From: Eledone cirrhosa
Taxonomy: Eukaryota
DNA length: 64,000 nucleotides
Assembly: GCA_964016885.1 (NCBI GenBank)
Contig: OZ024765.1
Coordinates: 23,498,001 to 23,562,000 of the forward strand
Direction of reading: 5' to 3'
Below the pieces are notes generated by a model, which was given only the letters and a program-made list of their open reading frames with translations, searched no databases and was not told the DNA's origin. Position numbers and translations under genes: made by a program. This document shows positions 24,501 to 40,084 of this stretch, one piece after another (positions within the stretch are counted from its first letter, which is position 1; the number at the start of each line of letters is the position of its first letter).

Positions 24501-27294
24501 CACCTCTTCTAGTGTCCTGAAAACAGACCATTTGCCTATTCTCTAAGTGAACCGTCAGTTTCTGAACGCTGTGTTTGCGTTCATTGAGATCAAAATCGAA
24601 CAATCTCCAGCAAGCTTCGCTAGATCCAATCGAGCGAAGATCCTGGAACCTGCCAACTTCATCTCCTTCGTTCGCTTCCTCATTCCTGACATTGATCATT
24701 GCCCGATCATGACCTTTGTAAACATATTTGAATAGATATTTGCAAGCTTTCACTGAGCTACAAATTTCCACATTAATATGACAACGATATTTCATAATCA
24801 AATATGGATTGTATGGCACAACCCATTGATTTGTAACCTGTCGACCGTTTACATTTTCGACCAAACCGCCATCGGCAGGCGACCGTCTTCTGTATGAGGG
24901 ATGAGCATCCCCATCATTCCAGGAAGTGTTCGTGACAAAAGATTTCGGAAAGTGCTTACTGCATTGGCCATTTTTCATGCAAGGCGCTTTCCGATTTGCC
25001 ACTCCGCATTGGTTGTGCACCATTGACTTTGCCACCAAGTTGCATAGTGCCTCATTCTCCGGCAGTTCAGCACACACAATGCTGTCGACATCCTCAGCAC
25101 ATCACAATTTGCAATCTCTATGTAAAATGATCAGCAAATGTGCATGTGGCAATCCTCTTTTTGGGAATTCAATTACGTATGTAAAAGCAACTATACCTCC
25201 AAAGATTCCCTCTTTTTCCACATCATCCATTATCTTTTTCAGATATCCTTTGAATACTCTTGCCACAATATCAGGACGGTCCTTTGGCTGTTGTCCTGGC
25301 AAAAGTGCATCCTTAATATCAGTCCATTCAGGATTGCATGTAACCGTTATAAACAAATCTGGCTTTCCAAACTTTCTGACAATAGCCATTGCATCCTGAT
25401 AGCGAATGTTCATATATCTCGGGCCGCCGATGAACGACGATGGCAAAATGATGCGTCGACCAATTTGCTTGTAATTGGCATCATCGGCTGTTATCGCATC
25501 CTGTATATTATTATACAATTCAGCTCTGATATGTTGCTGATGTGTAGCTATATAATTTAGCCTTTGATTTTCGATCTTTGCGTATGCCATACAACAGTAT
25601 TCCTGGAACAATCTGCTGGCTTGAAATAGCGCATTTCTCTATTGATTCCTCTCGTTCAAATGGAACGCGTAAAAGTCGCGAATCGAATTATTGTGTCTAT
25701 TGCGACCTCCCGGTTGATGCTGATTCTCATGATCATCTAAATGAACAGACATGTTCCATCCATTTTCACCTTTTAGGAATAAAAGAACATAATGCAATGG
25801 ATGGTATGTCCTATTTGACTCATTGATAGTGTTGAGACCACCATCTCTGCGATTGAGGACGATATCTCTCGATCCAGGCTTATCGTCCATCAACACAGCA
25901 ACTTCACAAAATCCTTCAGGGGCATTATATCGCCGTTCGTGTTGATTCCTTGGCATTGCGTCAGCCTTAATCACCAATGTTTGTTGCTGAACATTTTGCA
26001 GTTCAGCCACCAACATGAAATCCATAACATAAGGATTACACTGTCTAAGCCATGAATGCAAATCACGGATCAAATCACTTAACCTTTGCCGTTCAAGTTC
26101 AGTTATATTTCCCGGCAACTTCATCCAACCGATCCTGATATCCTCCTCCGATTCACTATAATCTGAATCGTTAACGTAAATTTGAGCGAATCAAGGCCTC
26201 TCTCCTGGGGTAACTTCTAAATTACCGATACAATGATACAAACGGCATTGAATGACGACATTCGGTTGCCATGCTCCACTCTCAAACATCTAACTCTCTG
26301 CGAAGCTAAAGCTAATAAATTGTTAATTTGCCGCGAATATTTGCGCAGTAATCTACCTCAGTCTCATTGATCACCCCACATACTTAGTATTTTAAACTCC
26401 GGTGACTCCCCATCATCCGGCATTCGCAAGGGTTCTAGTTGAACTGCTCCTTTGTGACAGCACATTGTGGTCCACGTCTTTTCGTGCCACCAAAGCAATG
26501 CTCCACAATGTGGAGACTCTGCTCGTCCACCAATCTGACAGTGACACGGTTGCCATGATCCATTTTTAATATCATTCGTTCGCCTTCTAGCCTCTTTACT
26601 GGAATGAGGAGCACTTTGCGACACATTCCCTGAATTTCTGTATTGCGCTGGCGCTGTTCAGCCAGCTCCTCTTCATCCATCGGAGCACGCCGTTGCTGCT
26701 GAATTCTGGCCACCTGCTGATGATGCTCAGCCAGTTCGTTTTTCAACCATCGCAGCACTCCGTCGCCGCTGTAGTTCACTGTTTGATAAAGTCGAATTGC
26801 TTTTGTTATCAGTATTCATTTGGAGCAATTGTAAAAAATATGACACAATAATAAATATAAAAGATGTCCGTCAATGTAAAGAAAGGTCCCTATTTACTCC
26901 CTTCACAACTCTGTGTATGACAGACAGGCACACAGACAGATAAACTGCGCGGCGATTGTGGAACGTCACATACATACACGCATGGAAACGCGCACACGCA
27001 CGCAAACTTACACACGCACACACTCACACATGTTGATAGTTTTTACTTTCTGTGGAACACTGCACGCACGCACACACACATAAACATACGCGCACATACA
27101 TACACACGCATACATGTTAATAGTTATTGAACACAGCGTTCACACTCTCCCCTCTCACTCTCTCATTGGCATTATGCATATTAATTTCAGTTTGGCGTCG
27201 TTGAGGTGGGCGGAGTCGTTTGAAACCTATGAACCAATGATAATCGAGAATTGTGACACACGGAATATTGACATTCTTCAAATTAATAAATAGA
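21534..27294 (-). mobile_element. Autonomous-type Helitron (RepHel), frameshifted
   Basis: 5' A|TC at 27294; 3' hairpin plus CTAG at 21534; contains Rep and PIF1-like helicase coding sequence. Confidence 0.92.
22443..26779 (-). pseudogene. Helitron RepHel (HUH endonuclease plus PIF1-like helicase) broken into about 7 ORFs
   Basis: PHCGALLW..CCHKG; DLFITVTCNPEW; VIEFPKRGLPHAHLL; YLFKYVYKG; Walker A PGGTGKT; IIWDEAPM; GDFRQVLP; TVNKAQGQT; HGQLYVAASRV. Confidence 0.95.
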
Positions 27295-27460
27295 TATATA
27301 TATCATCATCATCATCATCATTATCATCATCATCATCATCATCATCATTTTACGTCCGCTTTTCTCTGCTTGCAAGCCATGTGCCTCTTCCTATATATAC
27401 ATATATACTATATACATATACACACATATACATATATATATGTAATTATATATATATATG

Positions 27461-27491
<31 letters not shown>

Positions 27492-27531
27492 GTATATATA
27501 TATATGTGTATCTATATATATATATCACCTT

Positions 27532-30530
27532 GACCGACCAGTCTGTCGGGCGTCCATTCGGCGCCACTGGTCACAGCACGCCGTCCATTCCTCTCTGGAT
27601 TGTGCTTTCCTCATCCATGTAGTCCCAATCATATTCCTAAAATTATCTGCCACCTTCGTGGAGGCCTTCCGAGTGGTCGCTTCCACTCGCACGGGTACCA
27701 CTCGGCAACTGCGCAGGTCCAGCGATTATCGGTGAACCGGGCAACGTGTCCAGCCCATCTGAACTTGCTGCGTATATATTGCGCGATGACGTCCCTCACG
27801 TCGGACTTCTGTCTAATGACTTCGCTCCTGATGTGCTCTCTCAACGAGATTCCTAGCATTGATCTCTCCATGGCTCTTTGAGCCGTTACCAGCCTCTGCT
27901 CTTCTCTCTTCGTTGTAGCCCAAGTTTCACTGCCATATAACATTGCAGGTAAAACTGTGCTATTGAAGGTCTTGTCCAACCTCCCCTTGAGCACATCCCT
28001 TATGCCGCTGAACGCCTTCCATCCGGCCCTTACTCTCCGCGAGATCTCCCTCTCAATGTCTCGGCGCATGTTCACTTCTTGTCCTAGGTAGACGTATTCC
28101 TCCACCTCCTCTATTTCATCACCGCCAACCACCATTCGACCTGTTGGTATGTTGTCGGACCGCATGAAGTTCGTTTTCATGCTGTTCATCTTGAGGCCTA
28201 CTGCAAAGCTTTTGATGTCGAGCTCCGTCAGCATGGTCTGAAGCCGATCCGTGGTTTCAGCGATGAGTACGATCTCATCAGCCAAACGGAGGTGGGTAAG
28301 TATCTCCCCATTGATGGTGACACCGCCTTGCCAGTCAATGCCTCTGATGATCTGCCCGAGACACGCGGTGAAAACTTTTGGAGAGATCGTATCTCCTTGC
28401 TTCACTCCCTTCTCGACCGGCACTCGTACGGGTGATGACAGCAGAGCTATGTCGGTGGTGCATCCGGAATTCGCCTCCTTGAGCAGTTGAACGTATTGCG
28501 CCTCGACTCCTTGCCTCTGCAGCGAGTTCAGCACTGCGTTGATTTCGAAGGCCTTCTTGTAGTCTACGAACGCGACGCAAAGAGGCATCTTGTACTCTTT
28601 TGCTTGCTCAAGCAGTTGTGTCAGAGTAAATATGTGGTCCATCGTGCTGTAGTTCTTCCGGAAGCCGGCTTGCTCTTTCGGTTGCTGTTCGTCCAGATGA
28701 TGTGATAACTTGTTCAGGATTATCTTCGTGAACAGCTTGTACACGTGAGACAGTAGGGATATGGGTCGGTAGTTCTTCAGATCTTCTCTATCGTCCTTCT
28801 TTTATAGCAGGATGGTATTCGACTCTTTCCACTGCGAGGGTATTCTTCCCTCGTCCAGATCGTGTGTGAATCGCTCGGCGAGGATTTTCCAGAGCTGCTC
28901 TCCGCCTGACTTCAACACCTCCGATGTTATTCCGTCTTTCCCTGGCGCCTTTCCGCTTTTCATCACGCCGACGGCTCTTTCGACCTCACCGACAAGGATG
29001 GGTGGCACATTTTCTTCCTGTTGGAGTGACGGCAACGGCTGCACATTCCCGGCAGACTTGAAGAGCTTGGTGTAGAAGTCTTCGTAAATCTTTTCCATCT
29101 CATTCTTGTCGCTGACCGGTACTCCAGCTGTGTTCTTCAGGGCGTCACCTCCGATCTGTACATTGCCATGTCCGTCTCGCATTTCTTGAGGCTCTTCTTT
29201 TCCTCTGCGGCCTTCAGGAGCTTCCCCATCCGGTATGCCTCGAAGTCTCTCTTCAGTTGACGTATCACTCTGCTGAGAAGAGAATATTCGAGGTGATCTT
29301 CAGGTGTCCTCTTCATAATCTTCTTCTTCTCAAGCAACTTCATAGTTTCCTCCCAGACTCTTCCCTTCCACTCCTTCGGGCACACACCCTTAGCCTTCCT
29401 CAAGCACTCCTTCAGTTTCCTTATCAGTGAGTCGTAGTCAGCGTCTATGCCGTCTCCTTTACACCACTTTTCCTGCATGATGGCTTCCTGCTGCTGCGCC
29501 TCGTTGAAGACCCAGACGCGTTCTCCCTTCGACGCCAAATGCAGCGCCTTCTTCTCCCTCGTCCGATCGATGACGACCTTCGCCCTCACCAGACGATGAT
29601 CACTGCCAGTGTTAAATGGCGTTATGACGGAGACGTCCTGCAGTATACGTCGCTTGTCGACCAGGATGTAGTCGATCTCGTTTCCGTGCTCAGAATTTAG
29701 CGATACCCAGGTCCATCTTTTCTCCTTCTTCCTGAATAGGCTGTCTCCAATGTAGAGCCGTCTCATCTCCGCCATGGTGACCAGACACTCTCCTCTCTCA
29801 TTTCTATCTCCTAGGCCGAATTTTCCTACATACTCTTCCCCTTGCCGTCCCTGTCGACCTTTGCGTTGAAGTCTCCCATCACGACGGTGTAAGTGGACTT
29901 CACAGTTAGCACTTTGTCTAGCTGGCGATAGAATTCTTCCACTTCCTCGTCGTCGCTGGCACTTGTGGGAGCGTAGGTCTGGATGATCTTGAGGGTGGCC
30001 TTCCCTGAGAGGTTTACGTTCAGTACACCAATCCGTGACGATATGAACTGGCAAGAAGCGACCTTCGAAGCCCATTCCTTGCTTACGATAAACCCTATAC
30101 CTCCGACCAATCTGGCATCCTCTGCTTTCCCGAGTCTCACGGCGCATCCATCTTGCCATTGGGACTTCGCCTCCTTCTTCTGGCGGGTCTTGCACAGCCC
30201 TAACACGTCCCACCTTATCTTCTTCTTCTCTTCCATTAGGTGGTTCAGTCCTTGCCCCCCTGCCAAAGACCTGCAGTTGTATGTGCATATGGCAAGGTTA
30301 GTCCTGTTCCATGGCGGCCTTCGGGAACCTGTGATTCTTAACAGCCTCTCGTCGCTCGGGTTGCACTCCGCCGTCATGGAGTAGCCCGATTGACTCGCAG
30401 GGTACTGAGGCCCTTTTCTTCGTGCTGTTTTAACCATAAGATGACGCCATCACATTGGCTGGGCGGGCAGGCCGGTACCTCTTCAGTTTAGCTAGCTTTT
30501 GAACTCTAGATGATGAATCATCTCTAGGAC
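27532..30530 (-). mobile_element. Near full-length GC-rich RTE LINE (RTE-1-like), disrupted
   Basis: APE: ICTYNCRSL, GDFNAKV, EIDYILV, SDHRLV; RT: QAGFR, GVKQGDTISPK, LRLADEIV, YVYLG, WAGHVAR, RPLGRPPRRW. Confidence 0.93.
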
Positions 30531-30586
30531 CCAATTCGGGTCAAACAAATAAAAAAAATATATATATATACATATATATATATACA

Positions 30587-30717
30587 TATACTTGGGGAGG
30601 TTCATATTGTTGTAATAATATTGCCAGAAATAATAACACTGTTTGGTTAGTTTTCGCTTCTGTATCTTTTATATCTCCATAGTTAATTTATTTGGCAATC
30701 AAAGAACTTTGTTAGAC

Positions 30718-30748
<31 letters not shown>

Positions 30749-30897
30749 CTGTATATTTAACCATTGGTCAATCAATGCCAAATAAATTAACTATGGAGAT
30801 ATAAAAGATACAGAAGCGAAAACCAACCAAACAGTGAGTGTGTTCTGTTATTATTTCTGGCAACATTATTACAACAATATGACCCTCTCCAAGTATA
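30587..30897. repeat. Inverted repeat, ~110-bp arms around a (TA)n spacer
   Basis: 30587-30697 is the reverse complement of 30776-30897 with a small indel. Confidence 0.85.
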
Positions 30898-31014
30898 ACA
30901 ATATATATATATATATATATATACATATATATATACATATATATATATATACATATATATACACACATATATATATACACACACACATATATATATATAC
31001 ATATATATATACAC

Positions 31015-31337
31015 ATCATCATCATTTTACGTCCGCTTTTCCCTGCTTGCAAGGGTGGGATGGGAACTGATTCTGGCTTGATTTCTACAGCTGGATGCCC
31101 TTCCTAACACCAACCTCATTTACAGTGAGTGCTGGGTGCTTTTTTTTGCCGTGGCACCTCCATGACCACATTACAGTGGAATAATAGGGACCCAGTTCCT
31201 ATCATCTCATTTCTACAGCTGAGTAAACTGGAGCAATGTGAAATAAAGTGTCTTGCTCAAGGAAACAACGCATCACGTGGTCTGAGAATTGAACTCACAA
31301 CCTTTCGAATGCTCTAACTACTAAGCCATGTGCCTCC
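31015..31337 (-). mobile_element. tRNA-SINE family 1 with RTE-type tail
   Basis: Minus strand ggaggcacatggcttagtagttagagc...ccttgagcaagacacttt...gttaggaagggcatccag...(TGA)n; similar copy at 35787-36055. Confidence 0.8.
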
Positions 31338-31507
31338 ATTCATATATATATATACATATATATATATACACACGCATATATATCTAAGTCTAAAGTCCGT
31401 CTTAAGCCAGCAGGCTCATTTGGTCGGTGCTTATACCGGTTTCATGGCGTGAAGTGACTGAGAGTACAACACTACCCCCTAATAATATATATATATATAT
31501 ATATATA

Positions 31508-32911
<1,404 letters not shown>

Positions 32912-32948
32912 AATATATAATAACTTGTGTGTTACACCTCTATTCTTT

Positions 32949-33034
<86 letters not shown>

Positions 33035-33238
33035 AGGAATTCCAACTTTGTCTGATTTACTCGTTTTATTTACAATCCTTTAAAATATATATAATGGTAT
33101 TATAATGAAATAGTATGATAGAATATTCAATTCTAAGTTTAACACTTAGAATTAACAATCAGACAAAGTTGAAATTCCTCTTATTAATATAATCTTCTAT
33201 ACACAATCATACACACCCGTGTATATTTACCTATCTAT

Positions 33239-33287
<49 letters not shown>

Positions 33288-33293
33288 CATACG

Positions 33294-33500
33294 ATATTAA
33301 TAAATGGAAACTATATTTAGAAAACCATATTTATTTCATTATACATATTTCAGGGATACCAAATTAAATTATGGTATGCCTTCATCAGACAAAATACAAT
33401 ATATAACAGTTTTACAAATAAGCTTTGACGTACCCGTTTAAAATGCAACCATTATTTTTGGAAGCCATCTGGATAGTGAATTGTTTATATTATTTTAATA
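33294..33500 (-). mobile_element. PLE pLTR 3' end, homologous to 46015-46210
   Basis: Shared atattaataaatggaaactatattta...ctggatagtg. Confidence 0.75.
33332..33396 (-). ncRNA. Type I hammerhead ribozyme, family B
   Basis: tattttgt CTGATGA aggcatacca-taatttaatt-tggtatccct GAAA tatgta TA^atgaaata. Confidence 0.82.
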
Positions 33501-34904
33501 AGTCTTAGTGTTAAGGACGATTAGAAAAAAGACGGAGAGAAAGAAAAAAGACGGAGAGAGAGAAAAAAGAAAAAGAAAAAACGTGGAGAAATATCGGAGA
33601 GAGAGAATTGCATGGAGAAAAAAGAGAGAGATAAATAAAGACAGGAGGAAAGAAAGAAAAAAGAAAAAAGGAAGAAATAAGAAAAACAGAGGAAAGCAAC
33701 AGAGAGATATCAAGTCATCAAACAGATAGAAAACCTCAAGAGAGAGAAATAATATATAGAGAGAGGGGGAGATAATGAAAACTTTACGTCATGTCATATT
33801 AAGTTGAGTTAACAATTTATATGAAATGAATAATAAAAATATAAATATTAATATTCATGAATGGGACATAAATATATAATATATAATATGAGAAATTAAA
33901 CATTGTTTAATAATGATTATATGTTTAGTTTAAAACTTGAGATCAATACACTAAAATTTGAGAAACCACTATATACATACATGCACACATATATATATGC
34001 ACGTATCGGTTTACCGAACATTTATTATAATGTTCGGTTTGTTTGTTTGTAAACAAACAAACAGCCCGAATTACGCCGTACAGTGTTTAGGCAACCACGT
34101 CACCTTCACTTCATTCTATTCCATTTATCGTTTTCGGTGTGCCCGGCGACGGAACTCACTCAATATGCAAATTAGGCTGCTCAGCCGTTAATATGCATAA
34201 GGAAAGTATATACTTTCAGACGTTCAACTATCTGGCAAGAAGGTATACGATGCTGACGATAGCTAATAAGCTTGAAATTAGTACATCGTTCCTGTGTCAG
34301 TGTTGAACAGTTGCGAAAGAGATTATATGGTGGACCAGGTTGAAAGGACTAAAGACAGACACTTTTCTCTTCGGCCAATCCCTCATCAACTTCTTCAAGT
34401 TTCACCTGGAAAGGAAGGTGAGGGTGGAGAGAGAAGTGCTGCCCCCAGTACATTTGCTAAAAGGTGGGTGAATGTGGCGAGAATGGCTCGTGTGAATGGG
34501 CCTACTCTGACCATGCGCCTATAGGCTAGCTAACTTGAGGAGAGGGGTGCTCTCCCTGGGTGCCCTAGAAGCGCAGGGTGGTTCAGGGTCGTCCACCCCC
34601 TATCGGGGAATTTATTTTGTTATATTTATGCATAGTTTATTTTATATTTTTATATCTTCATTGTTAAATTAGTCTTGCCATTGTGCACTTTTATTCAACC
34701 GTATTGTAAACCCCCACTGTCCCTGTCTTTGTATTGTCCCCTACATGTCGGCCCTTGTGGCTAATAAATGAAATCATTATTATTATTGTTACTATTATTA
34801 TTATTTTTTTTTTTTTTTCTTCCAATTCAATGATGTTCCAGAACAATATAAAAGAGATAATTGGCAATTTAGGTTCTGGAACAAAAAAGATAATTGGCAA
34901 TAAG

Positions 34905-35530
34905 GGCAGGGGTCCCAGATTATCACAGCCGGGGCCCGCTCGTCTTGTTGCAAAGGAGCTTCGACGTTACGATCTTGACATCGTGGCTTTATCTGAGACG
35001 AGGTTAGCTGGAGATGGTCATCTTACAGAATTTTGTGGAGAATATACATTCTTCTGGAAAGGAAGAGATGAAGGAACCAGAAGAGAGGCTGGGGTAGGAT
35101 TTGCTGTTAAGACTGTTCTTGTGAATAAATTAGTAGAATTCCCAGTAGGGATTAGTGAGCGTCTTATGTCCATGAGAGTTCCGCTGGAGAAAGGAAGATA
35201 TGCGACCCTGGTGAGTATGCATGCTCCAACTATGAATTCTGTCGATGAAGAAAAAGTGCCCTTTTACCATGCCTTGAAAGGTGCTTTAAGAAATATCCCT
35301 CAGGCAGACAAAGTCATCGTGCTTGGTGACTTTAATGCTAGAGTGGGTAGGGATTTTAACACATGGAATGTAATCGGAAGGCATGGGGTGGGAAAGTGTA
35401 ACAGCAATGGTATGCTCCTGCTGCAGATGTGTGAGGAGCTGGATCTGTGTGTTACCAACACCATGTTCCAACAAAAGAACAAATTCAAGACCACATGGAT
35501 GGCATCTTTTGGACTACGTCCTAGTCAGGA
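34905..35530 (+). mobile_element. RTE LINE AP-endonuclease fragment
   Basis: [46 protein letters not shown]. Confidence 0.9.
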
Positions 35531-35566
35531 TGGTACGCGCAAATATATATATATACATGCGTATAT

Positions 35567-35616
<50 letters not shown>

Positions 35617-35670
35617 GTATATATACATACATGTATATATATATATACATATATATATACATGTATATAT

Positions 35671-35722
<52 letters not shown>

Positions 35723-35764
35723 GTATATATACATGTATATATATATTCATTTTATTCATTTTAC

Positions 35765-36054
35765 GAAATCAAGCCAGAATCAGTTCCCGTCCCACCCTTG
35801 CATGGGTGGGACGGGAACTGATTCTGGCTTGATTTCTACAACTGAATGCCCTTCCTAACACCAACCTCATTTACAGTGAGTGCTGGGTGATTTTTTGCGT
35901 GGCACCTCCACGACCACTTTCTATAGCTGAGTAAACTGGAGCAATGTGAAATAAAGTGTCTTGCTCAAGGAAACAACACATCATCCGGTCTGAGAATTGA
36001 ACTCACAACCTTTCGATTGCAAGGCCAATGCTCTAACCACTAAGCCATGTGCCT

Positions 36055-36055
<1 letters not shown>
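35765..36055 (-). mobile_element. tRNA-SINE family 1 with RTE-type tail
   Basis: Homologous to 31040-31337. Confidence 0.8.
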
Positions 36056-36692
<637 letters not shown>

Positions 36693-37312
36693 ATAACTTT
36701 GAATAACTTTGAAATGTTTTGGCCAGTATTGGCCCAGGCCATGTCTAACTTAATAGCACCACCTGGCGAAGTCTTTCAATTCAGGATTTGGGCACCATGG
36801 CCCATTCGAGAAGAGAATTACTGTTTGCGGAGACATATCCGGGTGTGGGTGGTTTGTCCGGGATTACTTGGAGGAATTTGTCCAACGACTTCTTGAATTT
36901 TGTGTGGTCAGTTTCTGTTTTGACGTGTCCTGGTGTGATGTTGAAGAGAGCAGGGCCGATTGAGGTGAAATAATTGTGCCGTATTGTTGTTATGAGTTGC
37001 GATTTAGATTTTTGTTTGGGACGGATAGCACGGGGCCCAAGCCTTGGGTGTATCTTGAAGGCGATGCCAACATCATTTGGGCAGTGATGATGAAACATTT
37101 TCCACATCATGCAGATAATATAACGCTCACGGCGACGTTGGAGTGAGTAAAGTTTCAGCTTTTCTAATCGACCCCAGTAGTCAAGGTCTGACATGCCATC
37201 TATCTTTTTCGTGATTGCCCTTTGAGGAGCTTCAAGTTTCATGATACTTTGTTTCGTGTGGGGAGACCACAGTGGACAACAGTATTCAAGGTGTGGTCGG
37301 GCAAAAGTAGAG
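36693..37312 (-). mobile_element. CR1-clade LINE 3' fragment
   Basis: [47 protein letters not shown]; short ttcaaagtta repeat tail. Confidence 0.85.
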
Positions 37313-37422
37313 ACATATATATATATACATGTATATATATATATATACATGTATATATATATATATACATGTGTATATATATATACATGTATATATATAT
37401 ATATATACATGTATATATATAT

Positions 37423-37482
<60 letters not shown>

Positions 37483-37595
37483 ATATATATATACATGTAT
37501 ATATATATATATATATACATGTATATATATATATATACATGTATATATATATATATATACGTATATATATATATATATACATGTATATATATACA

Positions 37596-37636
<41 letters not shown>

Positions 37637-38356
37637 ATATACATATATATACATGTATGTATATATATATACATGTATATATATACATACATGTATATAT
37701 ATATATACATGTATGTATATATATATACATGTATGTATATATATATATACATGTATGTATATATATATATATACATGTATGTATATATATACATATATAT
37801 ATATACATATATGTATATATATACATATATATATATACATGTATATATATACATGTATGTATATATATACATGTATATATATATATACATGTATGTATCT
37901 ATATACATATATATATATACATGTATATATATATATACATGTATGTATATATACATATATATATATACATGTATATATATATACTTGTATGTATATATAT
38001 ATATATATACATGTATGTATATATATATACATGTATATATATATATATATATACATGTATATATACATTTATATATGTATATATATATACATACATTTAT
38101 ATATATACATACGTGTATATATGTATATATATATATATATATATACATACATGTATATATGTATATATATATATAAACATATATGCATATATATACATAC
38201 GTGTATATATGTATATATATATATATACATACATGTATATATATACATACGTGTATATATGTATATATATATATATACATACATGTATATATATATAGAT
38301 ACATGTATATATATATACATGTATATATATACATACATGTTAATATATATATATAT
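37313..38356. repeat. ~1 kb (TA)n/TACATG compound microsatellite
   Basis: Direct inspection. Confidence 0.95.
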
Positions 38357-38787
38357 CCAGATATAAAGCAATGCCTGTGCCGTGAAGCTTTTATAGTGAG
38401 CAAAGGCACTGCACAAAGCCAGTCCCACTCTCTTAACCAAGATGATATTTACCAAAAAGAAGAACAAGTCAACATCATTGGATACCATCAGGGTTGCAGG
38501 TGTTATATCAGAGTTTTCCTTCTCCTAGAATTCTGCCTTGAGAAAGGCTAAGGGGTCATCTCTCCTGGTGATTTTGGATGGCCATTGACGCTTAAGAGCT
38601 CCTTTGCCCTTTGACAGGTTTTGTTTTTAGTCCTGCAGGATGTCCAAAGTCACCCTCCTCACCAAGAAACCTTGGTGGGGTTGCCAGTTTAGTCGCCAAC
38701 GACCCAACCATGAGACAGGTTGTACTGGGATACATGTTACCAGTAGCACCAAATGGTGACCTGACAAACATATATATATATATATAT

Positions 38788-38891
<104 letters not shown>

Positions 38892-38901
38892 ATATATAGA
38901 T

Positions 38902-38933
<32 letters not shown>

Positions 38934-39029
38934 ATATATTAAGAGTAATGAATTCTTTTACAATGAAATTAGCTCAAAGAAAGAAATATTTCTGAGCTGT
39001 GTAAAAGATTTAAATATAAATTAATATAT

Positions 39030-39492
39030 ATGATGAAACACAAATACCAACATATCTGTATTTATATTGCAAAAGAGGATTTAGCTGAACGTAGCCTCAT
39101 ATATACGGCTGTTATTTCTAGCAGTACGGTTATGAGGCTAGCTAGAAACTGTGAACCATGTGCGTTACACAGTCTTTTAAATTATTTAGAAATGAAGCAT
39201 ATCAATTTGTCCCTCGATGTTTACTGAAGAGAGCAGGACATGATATTCCTTACACTTTTTCATCTCGAAACATATTTGGATTTTAAAGTTTAAACTTATC
39301 TACGGAACAGGTTTGATTTTGAAATTTAAATGTGTCTAAACATCATGGCCATTTGGCAACACAGTTCGTCTTTGTTGATTTATTATTTTAAATCGATATG
39401 GACAGACTGTAATATTATAATTAGTATACTTCATTCTAGCTAAATCCTCTTTTGCAATATAAATACAAATATGTTGGTATTTGTGTTTCATC

Positions 39493-39494
<2 letters not shown>
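39030..39494. repeat. ~465-bp element with ~55-bp terminal inverted repeats, probably PLE-derived
   Basis: 39030-39086 is the reverse complement of 39438-39494; internal CTGAAGA gag...ctc GAAA. Confidence 0.7.
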
Positions 39495-39536
<42 letters not shown>

Positions 39537-39640
39537 ATATATATATATATATATACATATATATACATGTATATATATATAAATACATGTATATATATAC
39601 ATATATATACATGTATATATATATATACATACATACATGT

Positions 39641-39694
<54 letters not shown>

Positions 39695-39887
39695 GTATAT
39701 ATATATATATATACATACATGTATACATATATATATATATAATATATATATATATACACGTATATATATATATACATACATGTAATCATATATATATATA
39801 CATGTATACATATATATATATATATACATACATACATGTGTATATATATATATATATATATACATACATGTATATAAATATATATAT

Positions 39888-39957
<70 letters not shown>

Positions 39958-40084
39958 ATATATATATATACATGTATATAGATATGTATATATATATATA
40001 CATGTATGTATATATATACATGTATGTATATATATACATGTATGTATATATATATATACATGTATATATATATATATATATATA

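Noticed and set aside
33495-33729. Lys/Arg-rich and Phe-rich ORFs
   Set aside because: Purine-rich tract like the one in the PLE 3' UTR near 46300
34734-35858. 374-aa ORF as a host gene
   Set aside because: Chimera of low-complexity sequence, an RTE endonuclease fragment and a microsatellite
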